Of a stretch of DNA of 64,000 nt, positions 9,518-20,663 are shown piece after piece (position 1 is the stretch's first letter; every line of letters starts with the position of its first letter). Below the pieces are notes generated by a model. That model was not told the origin of the DNA and made no database searches. It saw only the letters and a program-made list of their open reading frames with translations. The translations under genes and the position numbers were made by a program. The stretch comes from an uncultured cyanobacterium (GTDB lineage: Bacteria > Cyanobacteriota > Cyanobacteriia > Cyanobacteriales > Nostocaceae). The DNA lies in NCBI GenBank assembly GCA_963740315.1, contig CAVUDP010000002.1, positions 2,816,001-2,880,000 on the forward strand. Direction: 5' to 3'.

Positions 9518-9565
9518 GAGGCAGAGCCTCCAAACCTTATTTCCCAGGCTGAGCCTGGGAACTAG
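9518..9565. repeat. REP-like double hairpin (GAGGCAGAGCCTC + TTCCCAGGCTGAGCCTGGGAA)
   Basis: A related copy in inverted orientation is at 30928-30977. Confidence 0.75.
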
Positions 9566-9602
9566 ATAAAACAACAAAAATATAAAAAAAAATAAAATTA
9601 TT

Positions 9603-9654
9603 AGTCCATTTTAATGGACTTTTGCTATTAGACTGGGACTTGCAGTCCCAGGCG
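9603..9654. repeat. REP-like element (AGTCC-N-GGACT TTYGCTATTAG ACTGGG...)
   Basis: Related copies at 17496-17548 and, degenerate, within about 24075-24220. Confidence 0.7.
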
Positions 9655-9701
9655 CTTCAGATAACAATTTATTCCCCTTCCTATTAAAATAAAATGACTA
9701 T

Positions 9702-10124
9702 CTATCTATTATTAACTAAATCCAAAGACCCTTGCAAATCTTTAACTCGCTGTTCGGTAACATCAGCCAAGCAGCCAAGTTCGAGAACTGGTTCCAAAGT
9801 ACCTCCCTCAGCAAAACTAGATTCAAACTTACAGCTTTTATCTCTAAATTGAATCCAAGCAACTTGAGCATTAACTAATTTTTTCTGCTGACTTGTGCCT
9901 AATTTTGGCTTCAACTGTCGATAAACTTGATTCAATTTCTTATCTGCTACTTCATAACTTCTACCAGCACAAACTCTCATTTCTACAGTTGTTTGAGCAT
10001 TGTTACAGTTAACATTTTGAGCTACTTGATAAGAATTACCACGAGCTAAATTTGGTGCAGCGACAATACCCAAGATTGGTAGAGAAATAAAAGCAATTTT
10101 TTGTAAGCTAGAACGTAATTTCAT
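9702..10124 (-). CDS. secreted LprI/DUF1311 family protein
   Basis: Signal peptide; C..A.TT.EM..CA...Y..AD..LN..Y..L; L..AQ.AWI.FRD..C. Confidence 0.88.
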   Translation of the reverse strand: MKLRSSLQKIAFISLPILGIVAAPNLARGNSYQVAQNVNCNNAQTTVEMRVCAGRSYEVADKKLNQVYRQLKPKLGTSQQKKLVNAQVAWIQFRDKSCKFESSFAEGGTLEPVLELGCLADVTEQRVKDLQGSLDLVNNR

Positions 10125-10961
10125 CAGTAAATATCGTTGTTTGTATCTTGCATTTATGACATCAATCTTGACCTCCGCGATTCCGGATTGCGAACGGTAA
10201 ATTGCTGGAAATTGTATAAAGCTTACCTAAAGTACACTTTAACTGACATCCTGCACCCCATCGAGAAACCGGGAACGAAGGCAAGTTGCTCATGGTGCAA
10301 GATATGAACTTTAACGAAGAGGAATATTTATTGTGGTAATAACTACAACACGTAGATAAAAGTTTTAGCTATTCCATCGAAAAAATTACAGGTTCTCCCA
10401 CTTCGGGAACGACATCAACTTCTATTTGGAAAGTAGCCTTAAAATCAGTACCGAAAACATCGAACTCCCAACCACCATTCTTAAATTCCATCGGTATTCC
10501 ACGATCGCGATCGGCAAACCTTTCATCCTTGATATGCGTCTTTCTCATCCGAAACATCTAACTGACCAAAACCCCTAATTAAAATTATTGGCTGAGATTG
10601 CCGCGTTGGTTTAGACATAATCGCTCAAAATTTTTTTTATTGAAATTTAAGTAGTTTACCTATTGACTTTTATACCTGACTTTTATAATACTGCGTGTTT
10701 ACTTTCAAACAATATGTCGTATCGCATTAATAATTATTTACTTTAATGACCATATAAGCTGAAATAATAGTTAAGCTGAAAATTGTTGATTTTCTAAAAC
10801 TGAGATTTCACCGTAGGAAAACCGTACCAATAAGGCAAACCTTAGTATTTATTATTTATCTTGATAAGGTTAAGCTTTATAAAAGTAGCTTTTTATTGCG
10901 CTGCCAATAATAAACTCTGAGTATCTGTTAACTTTTTATTGCGCTGTTTGAGAAATCCCTA

Positions 10962-11681
10962 ATGTTAGAGCGAATTTTTGATTACCTTCAATATAATTTC
11001 AGCATTGAAGCATCTATAGTCTTACTTATTCTAATTTTCCTAGAAGCCGTGCTATCGGCGGATAATGCCATTGCCCTCGCTGCGATCGCCCAAGGACTTG
11101 ACGACGAAAAACTCGAACGTCAGGCGCTTAATCTTGGTTTAGTCGTTGCATACGTGTTGCGAATAACTTTGCTTCTGACTGCCACTTGGGTACAAAAATA
11201 TTGGCAATTCGAGTTAATCGGCGCAGCTTATCTACTCTGGCTGGTATTTCAACACTTCACCTCCGAAGAAGACGAAGAAGATGCCGATCGCGAACCCCGT
11301 TTTAAATCGCTGTTGCAAGCAATACCCGTAATTGCTTTTACAGATTTAGCCTTTTCCTTAGATAGCGTAACTACTGCGATCGCGGTTTCTGATAACAAAT
11401 GGTTAGTAATCATAGGAACCACAATCGGCATCATTACCTTAAGATTCATGGCGGGTTTATTTATTCGTTGGTTGGATGAATTTGTTTACCTCGAAGATGC
11501 AGGTTATATAACCGTCGCATTTGTCGGCATACGCTTGTTGTTGAGAGTAGTCAACCAAGCATTAGTTCCTCCTCAGTGGATAATAATTACCGCGATCGCC
11601 ATCATCCTAGCCTGGGGATTTTCCAAGCGTACAGTTCCAAAAGTTGTAGAAGAAACCGAAAAAACAGAAGTTAGGAGTTAG
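10962..11681 (+). CDS. TerC family integral membrane protein
   Basis: LEAVLSADNA and DLAFSLDSV motifs with multiple TM helices. Confidence 0.92.
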   Translation: MLERIFDYLQYNFSIEASIVLLILIFLEAVLSADNAIALAAIAQGLDDEKLERQALNLGLVVAYVLRITLLLTATWVQKYWQFELIGAAYLLWLVFQHFTSEEDEEDADREPRFKSLLQAIPVIAFTDLAFSLDSVTTAIAVSDNKWLVIIGTTIGIITLRFMAGLFIRWLDEFVYLEDAGYITVAFVGIRLLLRVVNQALVPPQWIIITAIAIILAWGFSKRTVPKVVEETEKTEVRS

Positions 11682-11818
11682 TAGTGAGGAGTGAGGAGTT
11701 AGGAGTTAGGAATTAGGAGTTAGGAATTAGGAGTTAGGGATTAGAAACTAGTTATTCTTCCCCTTGTCTCCCCATCCCCCCATCCCCTTGTCTCCCCATC
11801 TCCCTTCCCCCTCTCCCT
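11670..11818. repeat. STRR heptamer/octamer tandem arrays (TTAGGAG/TTAGGAA, then CCCCATC-type)
   Basis: Directly visible tandem repeats between the convergent TerC and ndk genes. Confidence 0.85.
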
Positions 11819-11840
11819 AAATAATCAATTCCCTGTTAAA

Positions 11841-12302
11841 TTAGCTGGAAAATTTCTCATTCAACCAAGGCATAATTTGTGGCTGCCAACTTACTAATTC
11901 ATCATTGCTAAACCATAGGGAAATTTCTCGTTGTGCGGTTTCTATAGCATCGGAACCGTGGATGATATTTCTACCAATGTCAACTCCGAAATCACCACGG
12001 ATAGTTCCGGGTTCTGCTGTTAGGGGGTTAGTTGCGCCAATCATCTTTCTAGCAGCAGCAACAACGCCATCACCTTCCCAAACCATAGCCACAACAGGAC
12101 CTGAAGTAATAAATTCGACTAAGCTAGCGAAAAATGGTCTTTCTTTGTGAACGTCGTAATGGGATTCAGCTAATTCCCGACTGACTTTCATGAATTTCAA
12201 ACCAACTAAAGTAAAGCCCTTGGTTTCATAGCGGCGAATTACTTCACCAACCAATCCGCGCTGTACTCCATCAGGCTTGATTGCTAAAAATGTACGTTCC
12301 AT
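11841..12302 (-). CDS. ndk: nucleoside diphosphate kinase
   Basis: [23 protein letters not shown] and NIIHGSD. Confidence 0.98.
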   Translation of the reverse strand: MERTFLAIKPDGVQRGLVGEVIRRYETKGFTLVGLKFMKVSRELAESHYDVHKERPFFASLVEFITSGPVVAMVWEGDGVVAAARKMIGATNPLTAEPGTIRGDFGVDIGRNIIHGSDAIETAQREISLWFSNDELVSWQPQIMPWLNEKFSS

Positions 12303-12548
12303 TACGATCTCCTATAAATTAATGAATCTATCACTTGTTATTTGTCCGTCGCGATTCGCTTTTTGTCAATAACTAATTTCATGGGATTGAGAATTGAACC
12401 GCTCTTAATAGTTATTAATTAGTAAAAATTATCTATGCCCCATGCCCTATGCCCTCATATAAAAAATATATACCCTGCGTATATTCCCCCTGCAACAGGA
12501 ATGCGCTAGATTATAAACTCGTGGTTGAAGTACGAAGGTGACTAATAA

Positions 12549-14570
12549 ATGGGTGTTGAGTCAGGTGCTACCTCAGCTGAAACAGGGAAATTCTCATTGA
12601 ATGGCAAAAAAGGTAAAGTAGGTAAAAATCAAAAAGCTCAGAAACTTCTGCCACCGAGTAAAATTCTAGATTCGCACCGAAGTCATTGGACTATCGAAGA
12701 GAGTGAAGCGCTATACCGGATTGAAGGCTGGGGACAACCTTATTTTTCTATAAACGCAGCAGGTCATGTTACGGTTTCTCCAAAGGGCGAACGCGGTGGT
12801 TCTTTGGATTTGTATGAATTGGTTAAAGCGCTTAAACTGCGTAATTTGGGTTTACCTTTACTGATTCGCTTTTCGGATATTTTAGAAGACAGAATCGAGC
12901 GCCTGAATGCTTGTTTCGCCAAAGCTATAGCTCGCTACAATTACGCTGGTACGTATCAAGGGGTATTTCCTGTCAAATGCAACCAGCAGCGTCATTTGAT
13001 TGAAGATTTAGTTCGGTTTGGCAAACCCCATCAATTTGGCTTGGAAGCAGGTTCTAAACCAGAATTAATGATTGCTTTGGCTATGCTGGATACACCAGGA
13101 GCTTTGTTAATTTGTAACGGCTATAAAGACAGTGAATATATTGAGACGGCAATGTTAGCTCAAAGACTTGGGCAAACTCCAATTTTGGTTTTAGAACAAA
13201 TTGAAGAAGTTGATTTAGTCATTGAGGTTAGTCGTCAATTAGAAATTAAACCAATCTTGGGAATCCGCGCCAAACTTAGCACCCAAGGAATGGGGCGCTG
13301 GGGAACTTCTAGCGGCGATCGCGCTAAGTTCGGTTTGAATATTCCTGAAATCATTCGCGCTGTTGACAAGTTACGGAATGCCGATTTGTTGGATTGTTTA
13401 CAGCTTTTGCACTTCCATGTCGGCTCGCAAATTTCAGCAATTAATGTAATTAAAGATGCTATCCAGGAAGCTAGCCGTATTTACGTAGAGTTGGTTTGCC
13501 TGGGAGCAAATATGAAATATCTTGATGTTGGTGGCGGCTTGGGCGTAGATTACGACGGTTCTCAAACCAACTTCTACGCTTCTAAAAACTACAATATGCA
13601 AAACTATGCTAACGATATTGTGGCAGAGTTAAAAGATGCCTGTAAAGAACAAGATATTCCCGTACCAACACTTATAAGCGAAAGCGGACGAGCGGTTGCT
13701 TCCCATCAGTCGGTATTGATTTTTGATGTACTCAGTACCAGCGAAGTACCTAACGAACCACCCGAACCCGTTCAGGAAGGCGAATCTCACATTATTTCTT
13801 ATTTGTGGGAAACTTATCAATCTATCAATGAAGAGAATTATCAAGAGTTTTATCACGACTCAGTTCAATTCAAAGAAGAAGCCATCAGTCGTTTCAATTT
13901 GGGAATTTTATCTTTAAGAGAACGAGCCAAAGCAGAGCAATTATATTGGGCTTGTTGTTATAAAATTCTTAACATCACTAAGCAGCAAGAATACGTACCT
14001 GACGACATGGAAGACTTAGAACTAATTATGTCTTCTATCTATTACGTGAATCTTTCGGTGTTTCAATCAGCACCCGACTGCTGGGCGATCGATCAGTTAT
14101 TTCCGATTATGCCCATACACCGCTTAGATGAAGAACCGACGCGGCGCGGTATTTTAGCCGATCTTACCTGCGATAGTGACGGTAAAATCGATCGGTTTAT
14201 CGACCTACGAGACGTTAAATCCGTTTTAGAACTTCATTCTTTCAATCGCGGAGAACCTTACTATTTAGGTATGTTCCTCAATGGAGCCTACCAAGAAATC
14301 ATGGGTAACTTACATAACCTCTTCGGCGACACTAATACCGTTCACATCCAACTTACACCCAAGGGATATCAAATTAAGCATGTCGTCAAAGGCGATACCA
14401 TGAGTGAGGTGGTAGGTTACGTGCAGTACGATGCCGAAGACATGGTAGAAAGAATCCGTCAGCGTTGCGAACAAGCTTTAGAACAAAACCAGATCACGAT
14501 CGCGCAGTCTCAACGGCTGTTGCAAACCTACGAACAAAGTTTGAGTCGGTATACTTATTTAAGTTCGTGA
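12549..14570 (+). CDS. speA: biosynthetic arginine decarboxylase
   Basis: FPVKCNQ (PLP lysine), GLEAGSKPE, LDVGGGLG and DLTCDSDG. Confidence 0.97.
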   Translation: MGVESGATSAETGKFSLNGKKGKVGKNQKAQKLLPPSKILDSHRSHWTIEESEALYRIEGWGQPYFSINAAGHVTVSPKGERGGSLDLYELVKALKLRNLGLPLLIRFSDILEDRIERLNACFAKAIARYNYAGTYQGVFPVKCNQQRHLIEDLVRFGKPHQFGLEAGSKPELMIALAMLDTPGALLICNGYKDSEYIETAMLAQRLGQTPILVLEQIEEVDLVIEVSRQLEIKPILGIRAKLSTQGMGRWGTSSGDRAKFGLNIPEIIRAVDKLRNADLLDCLQLLHFHVGSQISAINVIKDAIQEASRIYVELVCLGANMKYLDVGGGLGVDYDGSQTNFYASKNYNMQNYANDIVAELKDACKEQDIPVPTLISESGRAVASHQSVLIFDVLSTSEVPNEPPEPVQEGESHIISYLWETYQSINEENYQEFYHDSVQFKEEAISRFNLGILSLRERAKAEQLYWACCYKILNITKQQEYVPDDMEDLELIMSSIYYVNLSVFQSAPDCWAIDQLFPIMPIHRLDEEPTRRGILADLTCDSDGKIDRFIDLRDVKSVLELHSFNRGEPYYLGMFLNGAYQEIMGNLHNLFGDTNTVHIQLTPKGYQIKHVVKGDTMSEVVGYVQYDAEDMVERIRQRCEQALEQNQITIAQSQRLLQTYEQSLSRYTYLSS

Positions 14571-14599
14571 ATTGATAGTTGATAGTTGTGTAATTCAAA

Positions 14600-14654
14600 G
14601 TTTGTAGTAAGGGTTTTAACCCTCCGATTGAGAACTAAAGTTCTTACTACAAAC
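14600..14654. repeat. REP-like cruciform element GTTYGTAGTAAG...CTTACTACAAAC
   Basis: Full copy at 27618-27676 and a half copy at 23966-23990. Confidence 0.75.
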
Positions 14655-14740
14655 TAAAAAATAAAGCAAGAAAATCTACACTGCATTTTGCCTCCCCTAC
14701 AAATAATTATCCATGCCCCATGCCCTATGCCCAATACCAA

Positions 14741-17295
14741 TTACAAACCATTCCCAATTAAAATAAATGGTGCCCAATAGTAGGGATGTTCGAGTTTCTT
14801 ATCAGTAATATTTGGTTTTTCGTTGTTATTGCCTTCAACAAAAAGACCACCACGTTTTCCACCAACAGCCGAATAATCATCAGTAATCAAAGCTATTTGT
14901 GCTTGTCGTAAGGCTTCAGCTTTGGTAATTTTTCCCTGTTTCAAAGCATTATAAAAACCATTCATCAATACTTGTGTTCCGTCGTCAGATACTTTCCATA
15001 AAGAAGCAATAGTCGCTCTGACTCCACGACTTTGAAATTGATATCCTAAACCTAATATTTCTTCACCATTACCGAATTTACCACCGATTCCGGTTTGGCA
15101 GGCACTTAATACAACTAAATCAACGTTATTTAACGTCCAATTACCAATTTCTTTGAGGTTCGCTATTTCTCCGTTACCGAAAAGAATAAATGATTTTGAA
15201 GCGTCTCCCGGTACAAAAGCAGCATGAGTAGCAAGGTGAACGATATTATATTCGTTCATTTTTACAGTGGTATCTTCTTTATTAAATTCTTTATCAATTA
15301 ACTTGGTAGTTTTTGGAAGTAATTTTGTCAGATTTTCGACTTCTTTACCAGCATAGGGCAATCCTTGGAAGCGATAATTGTCTCCTATAACTTGAATATT
15401 ATAGTTACCTTCAACAAATGCACCAGCTAAAACTCGTGGTTGTGGTTGAGGTTTCGCGGTAAAATCGGTGAGAGATTTAGCAGTGATATTATTAATATTT
15501 AAACGTTGGACTAACCATTGTTCTCCGTCGTGGAGTGCGGATAAAAGTATGTAGCGGAGTTGTGCGTCGGGAGCATAAATAATAGTTTTGGCTTGAGATT
15601 GTTTTAAGTCGTTTTCTAAAGGTTTAATTAGCCAGTTATAAAGTTTTTTCGCCGGTGTTTTGGCATCACTGCCGGGATTTTGTAAAGCTTGACGGAATTC
15701 TGTAATTACCTGATTGAGTTCGCTACGTTTTACATTGACGGTGCGACGAAGAGGAGGGGAATCTGGAGTAGTAATTATTAATTCCAAACGGTCTTCTAAT
15801 ATTAAAGGATATAGCATCACCGCATTTAAACGGCGTAAATCATCACGTAATGAATCCAAATCAGATAAATCAACCGCCATTTTTTGCGCTTGACGACTGA
15901 GTTTATCTAACTGTGCAACAACGTCTTCTCGTTCGCTAAATTCGTTAAATTGTTGGTTGAGATTTGCTTGTAATTTGACGAGTTCAGCAATGCGTTGTTT
16001 TTGTGATTGTGTGCGGGTGTTTTCTGGTATTTTGCGTAGTTTCGTGAGTTCTTGTCCGAGCGCGATCGCACTTGTTTGTAGTTGGTTGTATTTCTTGAGA
16101 ATAACTAGTTTTTGATTGCTTCCGCGCACCTGAGTTAAATAATCGTTTAATTCTTGGATTTTTAATAAATCTAATACTTGTTGCGCTTCGAGTATTCTGT
16201 CTTGTTCGATTAGTAAGTTGGCAAGATTGCGATAGGTGTCAGCAACAGTTTTTGTGTAGGATTCTTGTTGTTGTTTGGGGAGCGATCGTAGTTGTTTGCG
16301 GATTTGTTCGCGGATGTTGACAGATTGTTTGTAGAATACTATTGCTAGTTTCGGTTGTTTTTGGGTTTCTAGGAGATAAGCAATATTGTTTAGAGAGTAC
16401 CTTCCATCGGCTTATTACCAACTTGTTTGTCAATAGCTAAAGCTTGTTGGTAGTAATCTAATGCTTTGGTATATTCTCCCAAGTTTTGGTAAACTGAACC
16501 AATATTGCTGAGAGTAGTAGCTTCCCCCGATTTATCGCCAACTTGTTTATCAATAGCTAAAGCTTGTTGTAAATAATCTAATGCTTTGGGGTATTCTCCC
16601 AAATAGAAGTAAACATTCCCAATATTGCTGAGAATAGTAGCTTCCCCTGTTTTATAGCCAACTTGTTTTATAATAGCTAAAGCTTGTTGGTAGTAATCCA
16701 ATGCTTGGGGGTATTCTCCCAATTTTTGGTAAACTAAACCAATATTGTTAAGAGTAGTACCTTCTGCTGCTTTATCGCCAATTTGTTTTCTAATAGCTAA
16801 AGATTGTTGTTGATAATCCAACGCTTTGGGGTATTCTCCCAAATTGCGGTAAACTACGCCAATATTGCTAAGAGTAGTACCTTCTGCTGCTTTATCGCCA
16901 ATTTGTTTTCTAATAGCTAAAGATTGTTGTTGATAATCCAACGCTTTGGGGTATTCTCCCAAATTGCGGTAAACTACGCCAATATTGCTAAGAGTAGTAC
17001 CTTCTGCTGCTTTATCGCCAATTTGTCTGTCAATAACTAAAGCTTGCTCAAAATTATTTAATGCTTCTCGATATTCACCTCTATCCAACTGCTGCAAACC
17101 TAATTTATTCAACCGTAACGCTTCATCTCTACGCTGTTTCTTCCCTTCTACCTGCGCTATCTTCACTTCTTCACTAACAACGGATTTGGCAACGGATGGG
17201 TTGTTGGTAACGGATGAGTTATTTGTAACTACAGCTTCTACGGGTGAGGAAACTAAAAACACGGTTGCAGCAAGCAATTTGAGACTGTAGCGCAT
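14741..17295 (-). pseudogene. TPR + CHAT (caspase-like) protease gene with a 1-bp frameshift near 16396
   Basis: The TPR ORF stops at EGTL*. Restoring one A (GAAGGTACT[A]CTCTAAAC) gives EGTTLNNIAYLL..., which reads open into the CHAT ORF with catalytic VHLATH and LSACQTG. Confidence 0.85.
16749..17026. repeat. 120-bp-period identical tandem TPR-coding repeats
   Basis: 16749-16906 is identical to 16869-17026; more diverged units extend to about 16400. Confidence 0.9.
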
Positions 17296-17540
17296 GATTC
17301 AATTCTCTAGTTGATTTTACTAACAATTTTTTATATATCTGAGTAAGTAGAGGGTATGCAATATTTTTTGCAGTACACCAGATAATTTATCAGTATTTTT
17401 ATGGTTTGAAGTAAGAAATGTTTGTTGTTGTTGCGGTTTGTGGTGATATGATGTCCGCTACAATCGTTATTGCGTAAGGTGTGAATAGATTTTTGAGTCC
17501 TATAAATAGGACTTTCGCTATTAGACTGGGGTTTGCAACC

Positions 17541-17888
17541 CTAGTCGGGTTTATAGTATTCTTCGTTGCTTCCTAAATTATCAGCCCATTCGCGTACAAC
17601 ACTATGTGGAACCCCAGAACCTTTACGACGGTATTCTTCGAGGACTAATTTACTTTGCTCGATCGTTTCGGCTTCGGTAAGAGGTTGAAAATTTAGTGCT
17701 GAGTCTACCTCACCGTATTCAAAGGATTCTTTTACAGCTTGAGTGGGTTGATTTATAAGTAATTGCTCAAAATCTTCTAAATTCTCAGATGAACTCGTTA
17801 ACCATGTTTTAAGGATAGTTTTGACTTCTTCTGGTGGCAATGGTTCAAGATGCTCTAATATTTGCTGCTTAATATTGCTTGCTGTCAT
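17541..17888 (-). CDS. hypothetical protein, antitoxin-like C-terminus
   Basis: C-terminal GVPHSVVREWADNLG resembles the tails of RelE/ParE-associated antitoxins. The stop codon lies inside a REP-like element. Confidence 0.55.
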   Translation of the reverse strand: MTASNIKQQILEHLEPLPPEEVKTILKTWLTSSSENLEDFEQLLINQPTQAVKESFEYGEVDSALNFQPLTEAETIEQSKLVLEEYRRKGSGVPHSVVREWADNLGSNEEYYKPD

Positions 17889-17942
17889 AATTTTTAAATT
17901 TTGTAGTAGCTTTATGTATATAAATCAATAGTAAAGCATCAT

Positions 17943-18145
17943 GTAGAGGCTGCTGTCGGAAAACTTTCAGGTCGTAAATGGAAAAAGGTCGGTTTTTGAA
18001 GGTCGCAATTGATGATTGGTTGCGCTCTCAAGGTAGTCGTTCTACTTTACTTCAACAAGCGGGTGCTTTTGCTGATGATGCTTCGCTCAGAGAATTGAGA
18101 GAAAGTATCTATCAAGATAGGGGACGTTCGGAAGTTGAAGAGTAA
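17943..18145 (+). pseudogene. remnant of an HTH_17/excisionase-like DNA-binding (antitoxin-type) gene
   Basis: VEAAVGKLSGRKW followed, after a frame change, by RFLKVAIDDWLRSQGSRSTLLQQAGAFADDASLRELRESIYQDRGRSEVEE*. The N-terminal helix is missing; not in the ORF track (<60 aa). Confidence 0.6.
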
Positions 18146-18359
18146 TAAATTACTATAGCGCGTTATTTTTATCATAAATAGTGATTGGTGCGTGACGCTC
18201 GTAAAAACATTTATTACCACGTTCAAATTTGTTCGTAGCGTCACACACCCTACAAGAAAATTGTCCCTATTACCAATTACCAATTACCAAAAATAAAACC
18301 CGGCTTCCCCAAAAACAAGAAACCGGGTTTTCCGCAGATTTTATAATTGTAATTCCCGC

Positions 18360-19529
18360 TCAATTACCTTTAGTCTCTAATAATTCAGCGATCGCTTGAC
18401 GCTCTGCGGGGTTATGAGCAGGTGGTGTTTGACGAGCATCGGTAATCAACCAATCTAAAGAAGCTGCTTGAACGTCAATTGATGCTCCAGTTTTATCTAC
18501 GCAGTAACGACCAAAGACTAGTTTATCAACTAACCATACTCCCGGTCCAAGACGAGAATATTCAAAGATGACGCTGTTTTCTACGGTAGCACCACTACAA
18601 ACGCAGCAAGAAGGACCAATGTAAACTGGACCAACAATTTTAGCTCCATCTTCTATTTTGGTCATTGCACCAATGTAAACTGGACCAGTAATATCTACTT
18701 TGTCCCAATTTACGGAAACATTTAAACCAGTGTAAATTCCTTCTCGTACTTGATTGCCGGGAATTTGTACATTTTTGATTTGCCCTGAAAGTACGCCGCG
18801 AATTGCTCGCCAATAATCGGGTACTTTACCGATATCTACCCATTCAAAATCCATTGCTTTGGCGTAGAATGGCGCATTCATTTCTACAAGCTTGGGGAAT
18901 AAGTCGCCACCGATGTCATATTCGACATCACTTGGAATGTGTTCAAATATCTCTGGTTCAAAAATATAAATACCCGTGCTGATATTTGTACTTTTAGCTT
19001 CTTCTACAGTAGGTTTTTCTTGGAATTCCTCAATCCGACCATCATCATCTGTAACAACAATACCGTAGCTAGAAACTTCTTCTCTCGGTACGTTTTTAGT
19101 GATAATGGTGGCAATAGAACCCTTTTCTCTATGCCATTTCACGGCTGCTGTTAAATCCAGGTCAATTAAAGCATCACCGCATAATACAATAAAAGTATCG
19201 TCGAAAAATGTATTAAAATCCTGAATTTTTCTCATTCCACCAGCAGAACCGATGGCTTTTCCGACTAATTTACCGTTATCGTCAATACTACCTTCAAAAG
19301 AGTAACCAATTTCTACACCAAACCTTTGACCGTCGCGAAAATAGCTTTCGATTTCCTCAGCTAAATGACTAACATTGACCATAATTTGATCGAAGCCATG
19401 CTGACGCAAAAGCTCAAGTAAAAATTCCATCACTGGCTTTTGCAGGATGGGAATCATCGGTTTAGGAGTTGTGTAGGTAATTGGACGAACGCGAGTACCT
19501 TTACCCGCAGCTAGAATCATTGCTTTCAT
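18360..19529 (-). CDS. cugP: cyanobacterial UTP-glucose-1-phosphate uridylyltransferase (NDP-sugar synthase)
   Basis: MKAMILAAGKGTRVRPIT...PKPMIPIL nucleotidyltransferase motif and C-terminal hexapeptide repeats. Confidence 0.8.
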   Translation of the reverse strand: MKAMILAAGKGTRVRPITYTTPKPMIPILQKPVMEFLLELLRQHGFDQIMVNVSHLAEEIESYFRDGQRFGVEIGYSFEGSIDDNGKLVGKAIGSAGGMRKIQDFNTFFDDTFIVLCGDALIDLDLTAAVKWHREKGSIATIITKNVPREEVSSYGIVVTDDDGRIEEFQEKPTVEEAKSTNISTGIYIFEPEIFEHIPSDVEYDIGGDLFPKLVEMNAPFYAKAMDFEWVDIGKVPDYWRAIRGVLSGQIKNVQIPGNQVREGIYTGLNVSVNWDKVDITGPVYIGAMTKIEDGAKIVGPVYIGPSCCVCSGATVENSVIFEYSRLGPGVWLVDKLVFGRYCVDKTGASIDVQAASLDWLITDARQTPPAHNPAERQAIAELLETKGN

Positions 19530-19786
19530 AAAGATTTATTCCTCAACCACAAGCCAGTTTACGTTGATTAAGCGATACTTCATCATCTGTTTAATTTTGT
19601 ATGAAGTCATCCCCAAAAGCACGGATAATGCATTAAGGCATGATTTATATAACTACCGATTGGCAGATTAAATGATATAGAATTGCCAATATTTAAATTT
19701 ACTCACATTTCGCTTTTGAGGGAGACGGAACTTAAGCAGAAAGCATCTTTGTTTTCCGCGATCGAGAAAAGATAGTTCTAATAAAA

Positions 19787-20620
19787 TTAACTTGCTGCTT
19801 GAGACATGGGGTTATTAGTGGATTCTGCAAGCAAGCGGATTTTTACTTCCTGATAAAATTCCTCTTGATACAACTCTACCTTTGATTGAGCCGAAAGCAG
19901 TAGCAGCGCCCAGAATACACTCACTGTATGAGCATTTTCACCCTCGCAATGGCTTTTGGCTAAATCGGATACAGACTTAGTTTGCGACCACCATTCTACT
20001 AACTGTTCTAAATTCATCCAGCTTTGCCCCAAATGCAGTTCCTCCGCTTTGGTTTGCAAAACTTGTTCCAACTCTCCAGCTACTTCCGTAAGATTTTCTT
20101 GATGTGCTAATTCTAATGCTGCCTTTAGAGTTCTAACACTAGGTTCGCGTTTTTTCGCCAGAGGCTTACTGGTTCTTTCCACCAGTTGCAGCTGATTCGC
20201 CATTACCTGCAACTGATCGATTAACTCTTGCAAGCTGACGCGACGCGCAGGTGGAGGCATTGCAGAACGCCGTCGCCGCAACTGTTTCTCCAAAGGCAGT
20301 CTAGCCACACGCTCATTTAAGCCATCTTCACCATCAAGCAGTTCATCTTCTGCATAAGCATCTATTTCATCTTCTGCCGATTGCAGTTCCATCAAAGTAT
20401 TGGCTTTAAATAAAACCAACATGGAAGCCGACAAAAATGCTTGTCCCGATTGAGATAAATCCGTCTCATACCCCTTCCTCCTTTTCTCAGGTGCCATGAG
20501 TTCTATATAACGATCTATCACCTCAACTACCTGCACATCCCAAGGGTCAATTTCCCCTCGTTCGGCTTGATAAATAAGTTGGGTAATTGTTTCTAAAAGC
20601 TGAGTGGCATCCATCGACAA
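19787..20620 (-). CDS. scpA: segregation and condensation protein A (kleisin)
   Basis: GEIDPWDV.V, FL.ASMLV.FKA and C-terminal FWALLLL....KVELYQEEFY. Confidence 0.9.
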   Translation of the reverse strand: MSMDATQLLETITQLIYQAERGEIDPWDVQVVEVIDRYIELMAPEKRRKGYETDLSQSGQAFLSASMLVLFKANTLMELQSAEDEIDAYAEDELLDGEDGLNERVARLPLEKQLRRRRSAMPPPARRVSLQELIDQLQVMANQLQLVERTSKPLAKKREPSVRTLKAALELAHQENLTEVAGELEQVLQTKAEELHLGQSWMNLEQLVEWWSQTKSVSDLAKSHCEGENAHTVSVFWALLLLSAQSKVELYQEEFYQEVKIRLLAESTNNPMSQAAS

Positions 20621-20663
20621 ATACTAAAATTTTGCGAAAGGGCAGAATTGGACATTGGGAATA

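Noticed and set aside
10369..10557. 62-aa minus-strand ORF
   Set aside because: No recognisable motif or ribosome-binding site. It may be a gene fragment but cannot be supported.
10620..10961. yybP-ykoY riboswitch upstream of the TerC gene
   Set aside because: No recognisable conserved core or stems in this AT-rich leader.
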